A DNA stretch of 63,058 bases, the filler included, from Folioceros fuciformis (lineage: Eukaryota): assembly GCA_049999805.1 (NCBI GenBank). It is 6 parts of 6 records of this genome, joined end to end, with 100 filler letters (N's around TTAATTAATTAA, not from the genome) between each part and the next. Parts side by side here need not be neighbours in the genome. Positions count along the whole stretch, not along the records: positions 1 to 13,410 come from JBNGIO010005478.1; 5 more parts are not named here. The stretch is one strand, 5' to 3'. How positions within the stretch are numbered: position 1 is the stretch's first letter; every line of letters starts with the position of its first letter. Shown here piece after piece: positions 1 through 10,217 of this stretch. The translations under genes and the position numbers were made by a program. Below the pieces are notes generated by a model, which was not told where the DNA came from, made no database searches, and saw only the letters and a list, made by a program, of their open reading frames with translations.

Positions 1-153
1 ACAACCATAAGTGGTTGTAACCAATATGTAATTATAACCATAAAGTAGTTGTAACTAATAACTACCTAAGAGCAACTACTTGTGCCCTAGCATTTATTCA
101 TTAAATGTTAGAGCCCTAGTGAATAGTGCCCTAGAAGGTCATACGTTTCATCA
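1..153 (-). repeat. 3' LTR of copia 1 (partial)
   Basis: Aligns without gaps to 6856-7008 with 10 mismatches counted by eye; ends ...TTTCATCA; a purine-rich tract on the minus strand lies next to it. Confidence 0.9.
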
Positions 154-605
154 CTCCCGCTTGCTATGGGATAGGGGTGAAATATAGCTTCTCAACAAGT
201 CTACTTAAGCTCATAGACTCCCACTAGAAACCTAAGTACTAGCAAAGGAAAAAGTAATTTAAATAACAACTTCAAAGCTTAAGTTGATTTAAGCAACCAC
301 AAAATAAGAGCATGCCCTTTTTGTATGTATAAGCGGGGTATATACATTAGTTATGCATCGCATGCTCCTCCTCGTTCATGCGTAAAGCTTGCGAGGAAAA
401 CAGCCTCATCTTCAGCTATGGTGATGGAGGGAGACCAGCACCTGTGCATGAGATCATGGATGAAGAACACCAGCATGTGCACCCAGCATGGACACGACAC
501 ACGTGCGCACCTCACACTCGGCTTGCACGTGCGCATGTGTAGTAGGAGGTGCCGCGCTGAAAAATTTCATGTCCCCCATGCTCCTGTAGCAACCATTTTC
601 GCAAT

Positions 606-1353
606 TTGTGCCTTGGATCTATGTGGGTAAGGTTCCTCGTAAGGGCGTTCTCCTCTAATGGACAAAAAGGGGGCGCCTCCACTCTTGGTCTAGATATCCA
701 TGTGCATCTTCCAAATTCCTCACTAAATTCGAACCCTAATGGATTGAAATGGAGTGAAGCTACTATGCATGAACCTATTGCCGATGTGGAAAGGGATGGG
801 GAGTGAGCGCCTTAGCCTTATGATGCCGATGCAAACATGTTTGTAAAGAATCCCTTTGTTGTTGATCTTAGGTTGCTCCAAGCTGATGCCCAAATTCTCA
901 AGAATGAAGTTGAGGTCTTAAAAGAAAGTGAGCGATTGAATTGGAGCTACCTGTGTCTTTTGATACATTTTCACTAATTTTTTAATAAACATAATGCTTG
1001 CTGTAGATGGAAAAGAAAATGAGGAAAAGGATGCCCCAATGCAGGGTGTGCCCCCGTTACTGGCCACAATGAACTTAAATCACAAGGAGTCACACTTGAT
1101 CTGGATTTCATCATCGTAGTCTTGTCGACCAGAATGGCATGATGACGATACTGGTATATACATCTCCAATAATTTGCTTGCTCAAATAAAAATAGCCAAT
1201 CCACAAGTTCCTAAAATCTGTGAGGGAAGTCCCTCATGGAGGTCGAGGACCCTGAGAAAATCCAATGCTGGGAGAAAGCATATTGAAGAGCTTAGCCTAT
1301 ATGCTATTAGTAAGTGCCTCTCTCAGCCTCTTATACCTCCTCTACTTTTGTAA
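606..1353 (+). pseudogene. Degenerate spliced antisense ORF inside the 3' region of copia 1
   Basis: GT..AG intron 928-1006 with a CTAAT-like branch point joins two frames in phase 1; only three internal stops (TGA, TAG, TAG) in over 200 codons. Confidence 0.45.
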
Positions 1354-1789
1354 AGGTTCCTATTGCATTCGCTAATAGGGAGTTTTGATAAATTAGCTTA
1401 TGAGGGGAGGATAAGTGGATTGGAGGACAACGAGGTGTGTGGCCCATGTAAAGGAAATGAGAAATTGGAAAGTAGTAAGTTAGACAAACAATTTTGAAAA
1501 AAAAAAGGCATTTAGCTAAGGCCATTATGCATGTCCTAACCTATGTTATATGGTGACCATGTGCAGTGAGGTGCATAGACACAAAAGTGACACTTGCAAT
1601 ACCATGAAGGCAATACATTAGTAGGAAGGAAAAATATGACGTCCCGGATGGTTTGATGCTCGTGCGTAGCTTAGATAAGCCAATTTACCTGGTGTGTCCC
1701 GGAGGGGTTGAACATGGTTATACCCCAGAGGAGTCTGTATGCGAGGAAACCGACATACACATGGTGTGGATAGGATGTGAACTTTACCA

Positions 1790-4700
1790 TGAGATAGGAG
1801 CTCCTCCTAGCAGTAGAACATAGCATGATACGGATTATCGGGGTTGCTCGCATAGTCATCATCAGCAAATGTTGTTAGAGTTAATTTTGATATGTCGGGT
1901 GTCTACTTATACATGAGTCCTATAAGCATAGTTCCCTTAAGATACCTGAATATATGCTTAACACATTGCCAATGTTATCTTCCGGGGTTCTCAAGAAACT
2001 ATGAAATTGAGCTAACTTCAAAAGATATGTTTGGTCTTGTGAAGTTTCTTAAGTATATTAAAGTGCCGATAGCATGTTTATAAGGCATTGTTGACACTTC
2101 ATCCTTCTCGGCTTTTGTCTTGGGGCTCATCTTTGAAGTGAGCCTTGTGCCACTAGGAAAAGGTATAGCAGCAAGTTTTGCACCCTAAGTTTTGCTAAAC
2201 TTTCTGTTATATATTTAGTTTGAACTAAGCTGATAGATTTATTATGTCTATCCCTTAGGATATTAACACCAAGGGCATAGGTCAACTCTCCTAAGTTTGT
2301 CATCTAGTAATGACTTCTTAACCATGCTTTAATTTCAGCTAAAGGGAGAGTGAGGATGTTACTAAAAATAAATCATTAACATAGAGTAAGAGGCAAAGGA
2401 TGTTATTTCCTGATCATAATACATACATGCTTGCGTTAGCTTTGCTTTGCACAAAACCATAGTTGATGAGTTTGTCATATATGTCCTTGTTCCATTCCTT
2501 TCCTAATTGCTCAAGGCCATAAAGACCTTTGATTAGTAGTCTATATACCACATCTTCTTTGCCTTTGACTTCATAACCCTTGGGTTGTCTCATGTATATC
2601 TCTTCTTGAATACATCCATGCACATAAGCAGTTTTGACATCTATCATATGAAGATGTAAATCATGTTGAGTAGTCAAGGCAATTACCATTCTTAAAGAGG
2701 CAAATTCTGCTACTAGAGCATATGTAGCCCATGGTATGTAATCTAGACTAGGTATGTGGGTGAATCCTCTGGCTACTAGTCTTGCCTTATATCTTTCAAT
2801 GGAGCTATCACCTTTACGTTTAATTTTGAATACCTATTTACTCCCAACTATTTTTCTTCCTTTTGGTGGTTTAACTTATTCCCATGTGGAGTCTTTAACT
2901 AGGGAGTCATACTCAAAGTCCACTGTGGCTTTCCATAAGTCTTTCTAGGAGAGGAAAATGCTTGTTTTAATGTTATTGGTTTGTCAGATATCAGCAATAG
3001 CCTTGTAAACAACTTGGTGGAAATGAGAGAAAGGTGATATAGGGTCATCAAAGGTAGTAAGGTATCCCAAGGGTGGTTCCTTCCATCCTGCATGCCCAGA
3101 CATAGCGGGTCTGGGTCTTAGGTTGTACATCTTCGTTGATGACTAGTTCTTGAATGTTAACTTCTTCTTTAAGAGATGGCTCGTATACAGAAGTAATTGG
3201 CTCATCTTCAACCAAATATTCAAGCTCGTAAGATTCATTGTTCGGGTCATAAGGAAGATCTTCAAGATGTTGAGGAATTTTCATATCTGGATATGGAGTC
3301 GTAGGTTGTATTGGAGAAGGTGGCTCCTCCTCCTTTTGTAGTATAGGTGCAACCAAAGGAAGGAAAGGGGTGTGTAGAGTAATGAATTAGTTACCATCAA
3401 AATCCGAAGGTTGGCTATTGTCATCAAGAATGAAAGCAGGGGAGTCCACTGAAGAGAAGAGTATGGGAGACTCATGAAAGACATCGATCCGAGCGTATAT
3501 GAGTCTCGTAGTAATGGGATCAAATAATTTGTATCCTTTAATGCCTTTAATGTAGCTAAATATATAAATGTATACTTGGCGGCCTTATCATCTAATTTCT
3601 TGCGCCATGCCTTAGGGATAAAAAACATGAGTAGTATAGCCAAAAACTCGAAGATGGTCGATAGAAGGCTTTTGCAAATAAATGATTCATAAGGTGTCAT
3701 ACTTTTTGCAACAGAAGTTGGTATTCGATTAATGAGATATGTTATTGTTTGCATGACTTTGGCCCAATAAGTTTTGGGTAATTTAGCTTGGGAGAGCAAG
3801 CAACTAGTAATCTCTTGAAGGCATAAATTTTTATTATTTGCTATGCCATTTTGTTGAAGGGTATGCACAATTGTAAGTTGTTGAGCTATACCTTTAGCTT
3901 GACAAAATGCAACAAAAGTATTGTATGTGAACTCTCCTCCATTGTCAAACCGGAGGGTCTTGAGTTTCTTGTCCGTAAGTCTCTTTGCCTACAACATGTA
4001 ATCCTTGAATACTGAAAGGCTTGACTTTTGTATTGAGGGATGTATGTTGTAGTGAAGTGGGATAAGTCATCTATGAAAGTATTTGCAACCACTAAAGGAA
4101 GGTGCAAAGATTGGGCCACAAATGTTTGTATGAACTAACTCTAAAGGGGAATAGGCCCGCTATGGAGAGTTGTTGTGAAAAGGAGCTTGGTGTTGTTTGG
4201 TGAGGACACAAGCCTCACACCAAGAGAGAGGTTCTATCTTTGATAGGGTGGGTTTCTATGAAGATTTCCCTTAAACATTTGTATAAGTTTTTGGCTATGA
4301 GGATGTCCTAAACGACAATGCCAAAGAATGGTGTTGGAGGATGAGGAAGTAGAATTTTGTGAATCTACATGTATGGTATGTAAGGGTCCCACTTAGGCAG
4401 ACCGGTTGTCATCTAGTGTGCCATAGCAGATAGTATGTGTCTTATTTGTGAGATATGAAATATGACAACTATCTACGTGGAGAGTGACTTGCATGCTATG
4501 TTTTGAAGATAAACTAGCGGCAAACACTAAGGTTTTGCACATGGATGGTACATGAAGGACTTGAGAAAGAGAAAGAGTTTGGCATGAGGAACATCTCAAC
4601 ACAACTGAATCTATGCCTACTATGGGAAGGTTGTGATCATCTCCCAAGAGGACATGCTAATGTCCTATGACTGGAGTGTAAGACTCAAAAGAGTGTTTGT

Positions 4701-5871
4701 TGTGGCATATATAAGATGTGGCTCCACTGTCCATATATAAGAAGTGGCTTGTTGATTTAGTTGATGTAAATCAGATAGTTAGGGCCGATGGTGTGGTTAA
4801 AGATTGTTTCTTAACAGCAACATGTGCTCTAAGTGCGACCTCCTTTTTAGGCTCACCGTTCTTCTTTTTCTTGCAATCCTTCTCCATGTGTTTAGGAATT
4901 TTGCATTAATTACATATTACTCCAATCTCCTTGTTACCTCTTGCAAGTGTTGAAGAAGGTGAAGATTCTAAATGCGGAGGATTTGGATTCAAGTGAGGGG
5001 TGTAAGGTCCTTTCCCTCAGCCTCAGCCTCAGCCTCAACCTCAACCTCGACCTCTACCTCTGCCTCTTCCAATGAACATCACTTACTGCCTAGTGGAACG
5101 TGTGTCATGACGACGGCTTGAATCCCCATGTATTATGGCTCATCTTAATTCATTTAAGCTAATATCCAGCATTGAGGAGCTAGCGGCTGCTATTTACTTC
5201 TTAGCATTATGAAGGACCACATTTTGTTTGGTCACAAAAAGCCTTGTAGGAAGGTGGATAAGAGATTAATAAATGCATTCTTCTCGGAGATCTTTTCGCC
5301 ATATGCTGCTTCGAGATTATTTTTGGCCAATCTAAAAGCATTGATATGGCTCTCAATGGAATCGTTTTCTCTCATCGTGAGATTTTGGAAATTTTGAATG
5401 GCCGNNNNNNNNNNNNNNNNNNNNNNNNNNNNNNNNNNNNNNNNNNNNNNNNNNNNNNNNNNNNNNNNNNNNNNNNNNNNNNNNNNNNNNNNNNNNNNNN
5501 NNNNCGTTGGAGGCATATATTTGAGCAAGACATTCCCACATTTCCTTGGAGGTTTCTGCTTCAGGGACTTGTCGAACCATTGATTCGGTAAGTCCACTTA
5601 TGATGATAACTTGAGCCTTCTAATCCTTAATGTCCCACTCTCCTTGAGTATCCTTATTCCAGAGAGGGCGATCAATATCACCCACCGCTAACAATATCTC
5701 ATAAGTCACGTTGCCGCAGTACTCCTTTGGCACGTAATTGCCAAACATTATATCCTTTTCCATTAAATATGCCTTTCTCCTTGAAGCCTTCTCCGTGAAC
5801 CACAATCGTATGTGAGTCATGTTTCTTCTTCCACTTGACTTCTCATTTGCCTCTTTCTTGTGCAAAGCCAT
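1790..5871 (-). pseudogene. gag-pol of copia 1, fragmented
   Basis: ORF fragments 5620-5871, 5232-5597, 4393-4647, 3886-4119, 3281-3868 and 2414-2689 carry copia gag, protease, integrase and RT motifs. Confidence 0.9.
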
Positions 5872-6749
5872 TGTTTAAGCTTTTCAACGTCAGCGCTTGA
5901 ATTTGTAACCTTGTTAATTACTTGCTCCTCATACATTGTAAGTGACATTTAATGAAGGATGCTAGATCGTGCTTGGTGCGATGTTCTCTTGATAAACTTA
6001 GGAGTAACGCGTGAGCACATATTGCACTTCTTCATTGTTTTGTTGCAAATATTTGCATTACCAGACAGAAGGTTAGGAGTATCAACATCTACACTAGTCA
6101 ATTTCTCAACACTTCTAGAGTTTAGATGTATCTCTTGGGTGAGGTACTTCAATCTTTCATTAGTTGAAGTATGGATTTGGATCATTTCTTATCTGATTGA
6201 GTTGAGTAATTACTCCAATCTATCTGGGTTAGGAAAGAAAGTTTTAGTCTTTGTGTTGATGAATGGAGAGGTATTGAGTTTGCAGTCTCTCCATTCATCA
6301 CACAAAGACTAGAACTTACCTAGAGTTTACTCAAACCTAATTGATGGTGGAGAGCAAAGTTCTTGTAGCAAGTATAATGGACTTTACTCTGTGTCTAGAC
6401 TTGGAGAGAAGAGCAGATATGAGGTTACAAATATGGACTTCAAGCATATCATGTTCAATAGGGGAGTGAAGATCAAAGTCCTCTGATGCAACATTTGTGA
6501 AGTCCCTTTGTTGCCTTCTCTTTCTCAAGGTTTGAACTTTTCTTCTTCTACCTTGTTTGCTAGAATTTGGAGAATCCTTGGTGAGCAAACAGAAGGTGGA
6601 TGCACAAACCGCGCATCCTTAGAGCAATTAATGCTACACTTGATTGCTGCCCAAGATTATGTCTCCATGATGCATGGTTCACAATAAAATAAAGCTAGAG
6701 TAGAATTAGGCAAAAGAGAGTGTAGTGTTGCAACATAAAGGGCTATGGT

Positions 6750-6761
6750 GCTTTGATACTA
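6750..6761 (-). promoter_or_regulatory. Primer binding site (tRNA-iMet type), degenerate
   Basis: GCTTTGATACTA versus canonical reverse complement GCTCTGATACCA, directly against the LTR. Confidence 0.75.
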
Positions 6762-7008
6762 TGATGAGAATCAATAGCTCTTAGACATAAAGTGCTAGAA
6801 TACAATGGAATGAATGAAAGTAAAAATTACAAGCCTATTTAAAGGCTATATCTTTACAACCATAAGTGGTTGTAACCAATATGTAGTTATAACCATAAAG
6901 TAGTTAAAATTAATAACTACCTAAGAGAAACTACTTGTGCCCTAACATTTAATCATTAAATGCTAGAGCCCTAGTGAATAGTGCCCTAGGAGGTCATACA
7001 TTTCATCA
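6762..7008 (-). repeat. 5' LTR of copia 1 (247 bp, TGATGA...TCATCA termini)
   Basis: Terminal inverted repeat TGATGA/TCATCA; abuts the primer binding site. Confidence 0.9.
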
Positions 7009-7601
7009 TGAGGCTCATGAATTGGGCAGCTCGAGGAGAAGTGTCAATTGCGATGACATTTCGCAAGCATTTTGCTATTGCTACCATCCCAGACCCAAGC
7101 CCTGCATACCTATAAAGAAACTTATCGCCCTCCACCATGAACAACTCAACCAATTTTTTAAGGAGTTGCATAGGCTTCTGATATGGCTACACCATTGGTC
7201 ATCTGTAGTCTTGTAGCACAACTTGTCCTCCACCGCCTTCTATGAGAAACACAATGTAATTGTCCCCCAACGCCCTCAAAACCATCACACTATTTTGGCA
7301 GTCAACGAAAATTGATGTGGCACATAGTCCTTGATGGATGTCCCTATTGCCACAATCCAAAAGTAACCACCATGATATACTTTATTAACAGGTTTCACAT
7401 TGGTCGTATGCCAGTAGTGACAAGCATGATTATGTGTTGTCGCTTAGATGCATGCAAATAGTAATTAGTTAATAATTAAGTGATGCTAATGAATAACATT
7501 AGTGATAATTAATAACTATTTAGTGAAGATGATGAGAAAGTATAATATAATATAAAGCCAACTAGATACACACCTAGATGTATGGATGTGGTTGCAGCAG
7601 G
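7009..7601 (-). pseudogene. Relic of a beta-class N4-cytosine/N6-adenine DNA methyltransferase-like gene (C-terminal half)
   Basis: Minus strand reads PYQKPMQLLKKLVELFMVEGDKFLYRYAGLGSGMVAIAKCLRNVIAIDTS, matching the N6_N4_Mtase pattern PxQKPxxLLxxLI..GDxxLDxFxGxGS..RxxIxxD/E. Phase-1 GT-AG intron at 7573-7443; stops and one frameshift upstream of PYQKP. Confidence 0.65.
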
Positions 7602-7943
7602 TCTAGAAGCCTAGCTGAGCGGTGTCCACTGTAGTTGTAAGCTTGTATTCTCTTGCTTTCTGGGAATAGGCTTTCTCTTGATGGTAAAAGGAATAGGAGG
7701 TAGGATAAACAGTTATTAAATAGCCAGCATTATTTCCATAATTAATTAGGCTATAACATGAACGAACCGACGGATATGAATCACCGTGATTCATACCGTC
7801 GTAACGAAACGGCAACCGCCACACGTCACGGGACACTCCCAACGGTCGTGTCCACCCGCACATCTTTTAAGCGGCCTCACGGGCACGCCATAATTCATTC
7901 ATTCCTTTTATGCAATCTATCTGCCATCGATCCTAGTTCTAGA
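7602..7943 (+). repeat. Putative 5' LTR of copia 2 (TCTAGAA...TTCTAGA termini)
   Basis: 7-bp terminal inverted repeat; right end abuts the primer binding site; left end coincides with the break in the methyltransferase exon; partner LTR not in window. Confidence 0.6.
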
Positions 7944-7955
7944 TGGTATCAGAGC
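7944..7955 (+). promoter_or_regulatory. Primer binding site, tRNA-iMet
   Basis: Exact TGGTATCAGAGC. Confidence 0.92.
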
Positions 7956-8149
7956 ATAGGCATGGACTCCGCCGCGTCGCCCGCTGACAAATGCAAGATC
8001 TGCAAGAGCAATTCCTGCATCAGAAATCTCAAGCATGAAGATTTTCGATCCCTGATTGCAGCATTAAAAATTGTCTTGAGCAGATTTGGCGACATGGCGA
8101 GTACCTTCTTGGCAGATGCTGTGTACCACTACTACAGCTGAAGATTGCA

Positions 8150-8848
8150 ATGCCGAGGTGCCGTGGGAGCAGGAATAAGGCGCATTCTGGCTGGTCTGCA
8201 CAACAATCCTCCAAGAAATCTGTGGGAAGACCACAAACACACCTGGATCAATTCCTGAATGACACATTCTTGCCTGGCTGTGAGCACAAAGCAAGGAGCA
8301 CACAAGTAAAGGAAGAAGGTGCGGTGTTTGATCGATTCCCACAATGTGAGGAGTGTGTCTTTGAAGTCAGAGACGGCCGCTGGGATTACCGCTGCATTCC
8401 CGCACCATTTAACCCACAGCACCCAAAATCTGCTGAGATTCCTGCACTAGCAAACCTTAGAACTTGTGTTAGTAGAAAAATTCCCTACGCACAATCTGTA
8501 GCTAGTCATGAAAAAAACCTAGTATGCAGTCAATGTTCTAACATAGGCCACTTTCCTACATCTAGTGAACATCTGCTAGCAGGAATCCAAGATCTTCCCA
8601 TTGCACAGACCGACAAACTTCATTCAGCCTTAGAGGTCATTACAAATGACATAGTAGACCTCAGGAGGTCTATCCTACAGGTATCTCAGCAACTTGCTAA
8701 TTTGTCATACAAACTTAGCAAACCAGATGAGCAACCCAAACAACATTACCCAACATTGGACTTCCTAAAAATGGCAGCTGTGCTGAAGGATGCTGTGACC
8801 AGTATGGAACCAAGCTGCACTAGGGTTGCAGCACCTCTGGATGCCTGA
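8150..8848 (+). CDS. Extra ORF upstream of gag in copia 2 (232 aa, Cys motifs plus a coiled-coil-like segment)
   Basis: Open frame between the primer binding site and gag; CEEC, CSQCSNIGH and a heptad-like LEVITNDIVDLRRSILQVSQQLANL. Confidence 0.45.
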   Translation: MPRCRGSRNKAHSGWSAQQSSKKSVGRPQTHLDQFLNDTFLPGCEHKARSTQVKEEGAVFDRFPQCEECVFEVRDGRWDYRCIPAPFNPQHPKSAEIPALANLRTCVSRKIPYAQSVASHEKNLVCSQCSNIGHFPTSSEHLLAGIQDLPIAQTDKLHSALEVITNDIVDLRRSILQVSQQLANLSYKLSKPDEQPKQHYPTLDFLKMAAVLKDAVTSMEPSCTRVAAPLDA

Positions 8849-8870
8849 ATCTTATGAATGACACCTGTCC

Positions 8871-10217
8871 ATGTCATACAGAAATTGGCGCAACAGAATT
8901 CCATTGCGCAAGACACCTAAGAGGCCTAATCAGGATCCTTCTTTGCTACCACTAGCAGTAGATCCTTTAGGACTTGCACACCAACCTGCTCAGTCAGCAG
9001 CATCGGTGGGGAGTACCAATGTTGTACCTGCAAATTTACTAGCAGCACAATTAGCTCATGTAGCACAGGCTGTTTTCATACCTCAGCAAACACAAGTAGG
9101 ACAGGTGACCCAAGCTGCCAGTGCAGCACTAGCAGCACAACTAATCACAACATTTAGCACAATGGGTACTCCACAAAATATCACCAACAACACAACTGTG
9201 AATAACATTAAAATAGACTTTAAGGAAAAAGACAGATTTACAGGTTCACAGTTTGACATATGGTCTCTACGAGTTCAGACCATCCTGAAAGAGCATGATT
9301 TATGGGAGGTTGTTGATGGAACCTCTGTAAAACCTGCAGCAGGTTCACCACCTGCTGACATTGCAACATGGGTTAAGAAGGACTTACGAGCATTGGGAGT
9401 TATTCAGTCCGCGCTTGATGGGATGATGATGCATCACACGAGAGATGCAGCATCAACAAAGGCCGTCTGGGACTCTCTTTCTCAAGTATACCAGGTTGTG
9501 AATGGTACATCCTTGGTTTGTGCAACCCGGGACTTCTACAACTGCAAAATGCGAGAAGGTGAATCAGTCGAGCAGCACGTCATTAAGTTTAGGCAACTAA
9601 GGTCAAAACTTACCTCAAGTGGCACCACCACTACTGAGATGCAGGCCGCTGTGGCTCTACTGTTGTCACTTCCTGAAAGCTATCGAACATTCGTTAGCAA
9701 TTACAGCACATCTCTTCGTCAAATAGGACTGGCCACACCAGCAGGCCAGCTTCCTCTTGTTACACTATCTGACCTCATTGGTGCTCTTCTTGAAGAAGAG
9801 TCTACTAGGCATACAAGCAAGGGTGGTTCTCACAAGGGAGACCACATTAATAGGGTCCTTTACACTAAAGGCCCTCGGAGGCAACCTCCACGACAAGCTT
9901 GGCCTGCTAGTAGCAGCAGTGGTAACACTAAGAAGAAACCAAGTGCTGCCACCACTAAGAAAAAAGGCACCTGCAACTGGTGCTTGATTCCTGGACATTG
10001 GGAAGCTGAGTGTAGAAAGAAAAAGGCTGGAGAGCCTAAAAGGACTGCACCTCCTGAAACCAATGTGGTACTTCGAAAAACCAACACCATACTTGCAGTC
10101 TGCCTTGTCTCATCTGTATCAGATAAGCACATCTGGTTCTTAGACTCCGGAGCCTCTGCACATATTTGTCATACAAAGGATTCCTTTGACAACTATAGAC
10201 CAGTGCAACCTAGATAG
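8871..10217 (+). CDS. Copia Gag plus protease N-terminus (ends at a premature TAG)
   Basis: FTGSQFDIWSLRVQTILKEHDLWEVVDG, CCHC knuckle, WFLDSGAS; frame continues SVKLGDD after the TAG. Confidence 0.9.
   Translation: MSYRNWRNRIPLRKTPKRPNQDPSLLPLAVDPLGLAHQPAQSAASVGSTNVVPANLLAAQLAHVAQAVFIPQQTQVGQVTQAASAALAAQLITTFSTMGTPQNITNNTTVNNIKIDFKEKDRFTGSQFDIWSLRVQTILKEHDLWEVVDGTSVKPAAGSPPADIATWVKKDLRALGVIQSALDGMMMHHTRDAASTKAVWDSLSQVYQVVNGTSLVCATRDFYNCKMREGESVEQHVIKFRQLRSKLTSSGTTTTEMQAAVALLLSLPESYRTFVSNYSTSLRQIGLATPAGQLPLVTLSDLIGALLEEESTRHTSKGGSHKGDHINRVLYTKGPRRQPPRQAWPASSSSGNTKKKPSAATTKKKGTCNWCLIPGHWEAECRKKKAGEPKRTAPPETNVVLRKTNTILAVCLVSSVSDKHIWFLDSGASAHICHTKDSFDNYRPVQPR

Larger units (their letters stand above)
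1..7008 (-). mobile_element. Ty1/copia LTR retrotransposon 1 (degenerate; 3' LTR runs off window start)
   Basis: Direct repeats 1-153 and 6856-7008. Minus-strand order is gag, zinc knuckle (~4860-4915), protease (DSGATSYIC), integrase, then RT (IDVKTAYVHG..EEIYMRQPKGY). Degenerate tRNA-iMet primer binding site next to the 5' LTR. Many stops and frameshifts; RNase H is deleted after 'GGAPISW' (~1790). Confidence 0.93.
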
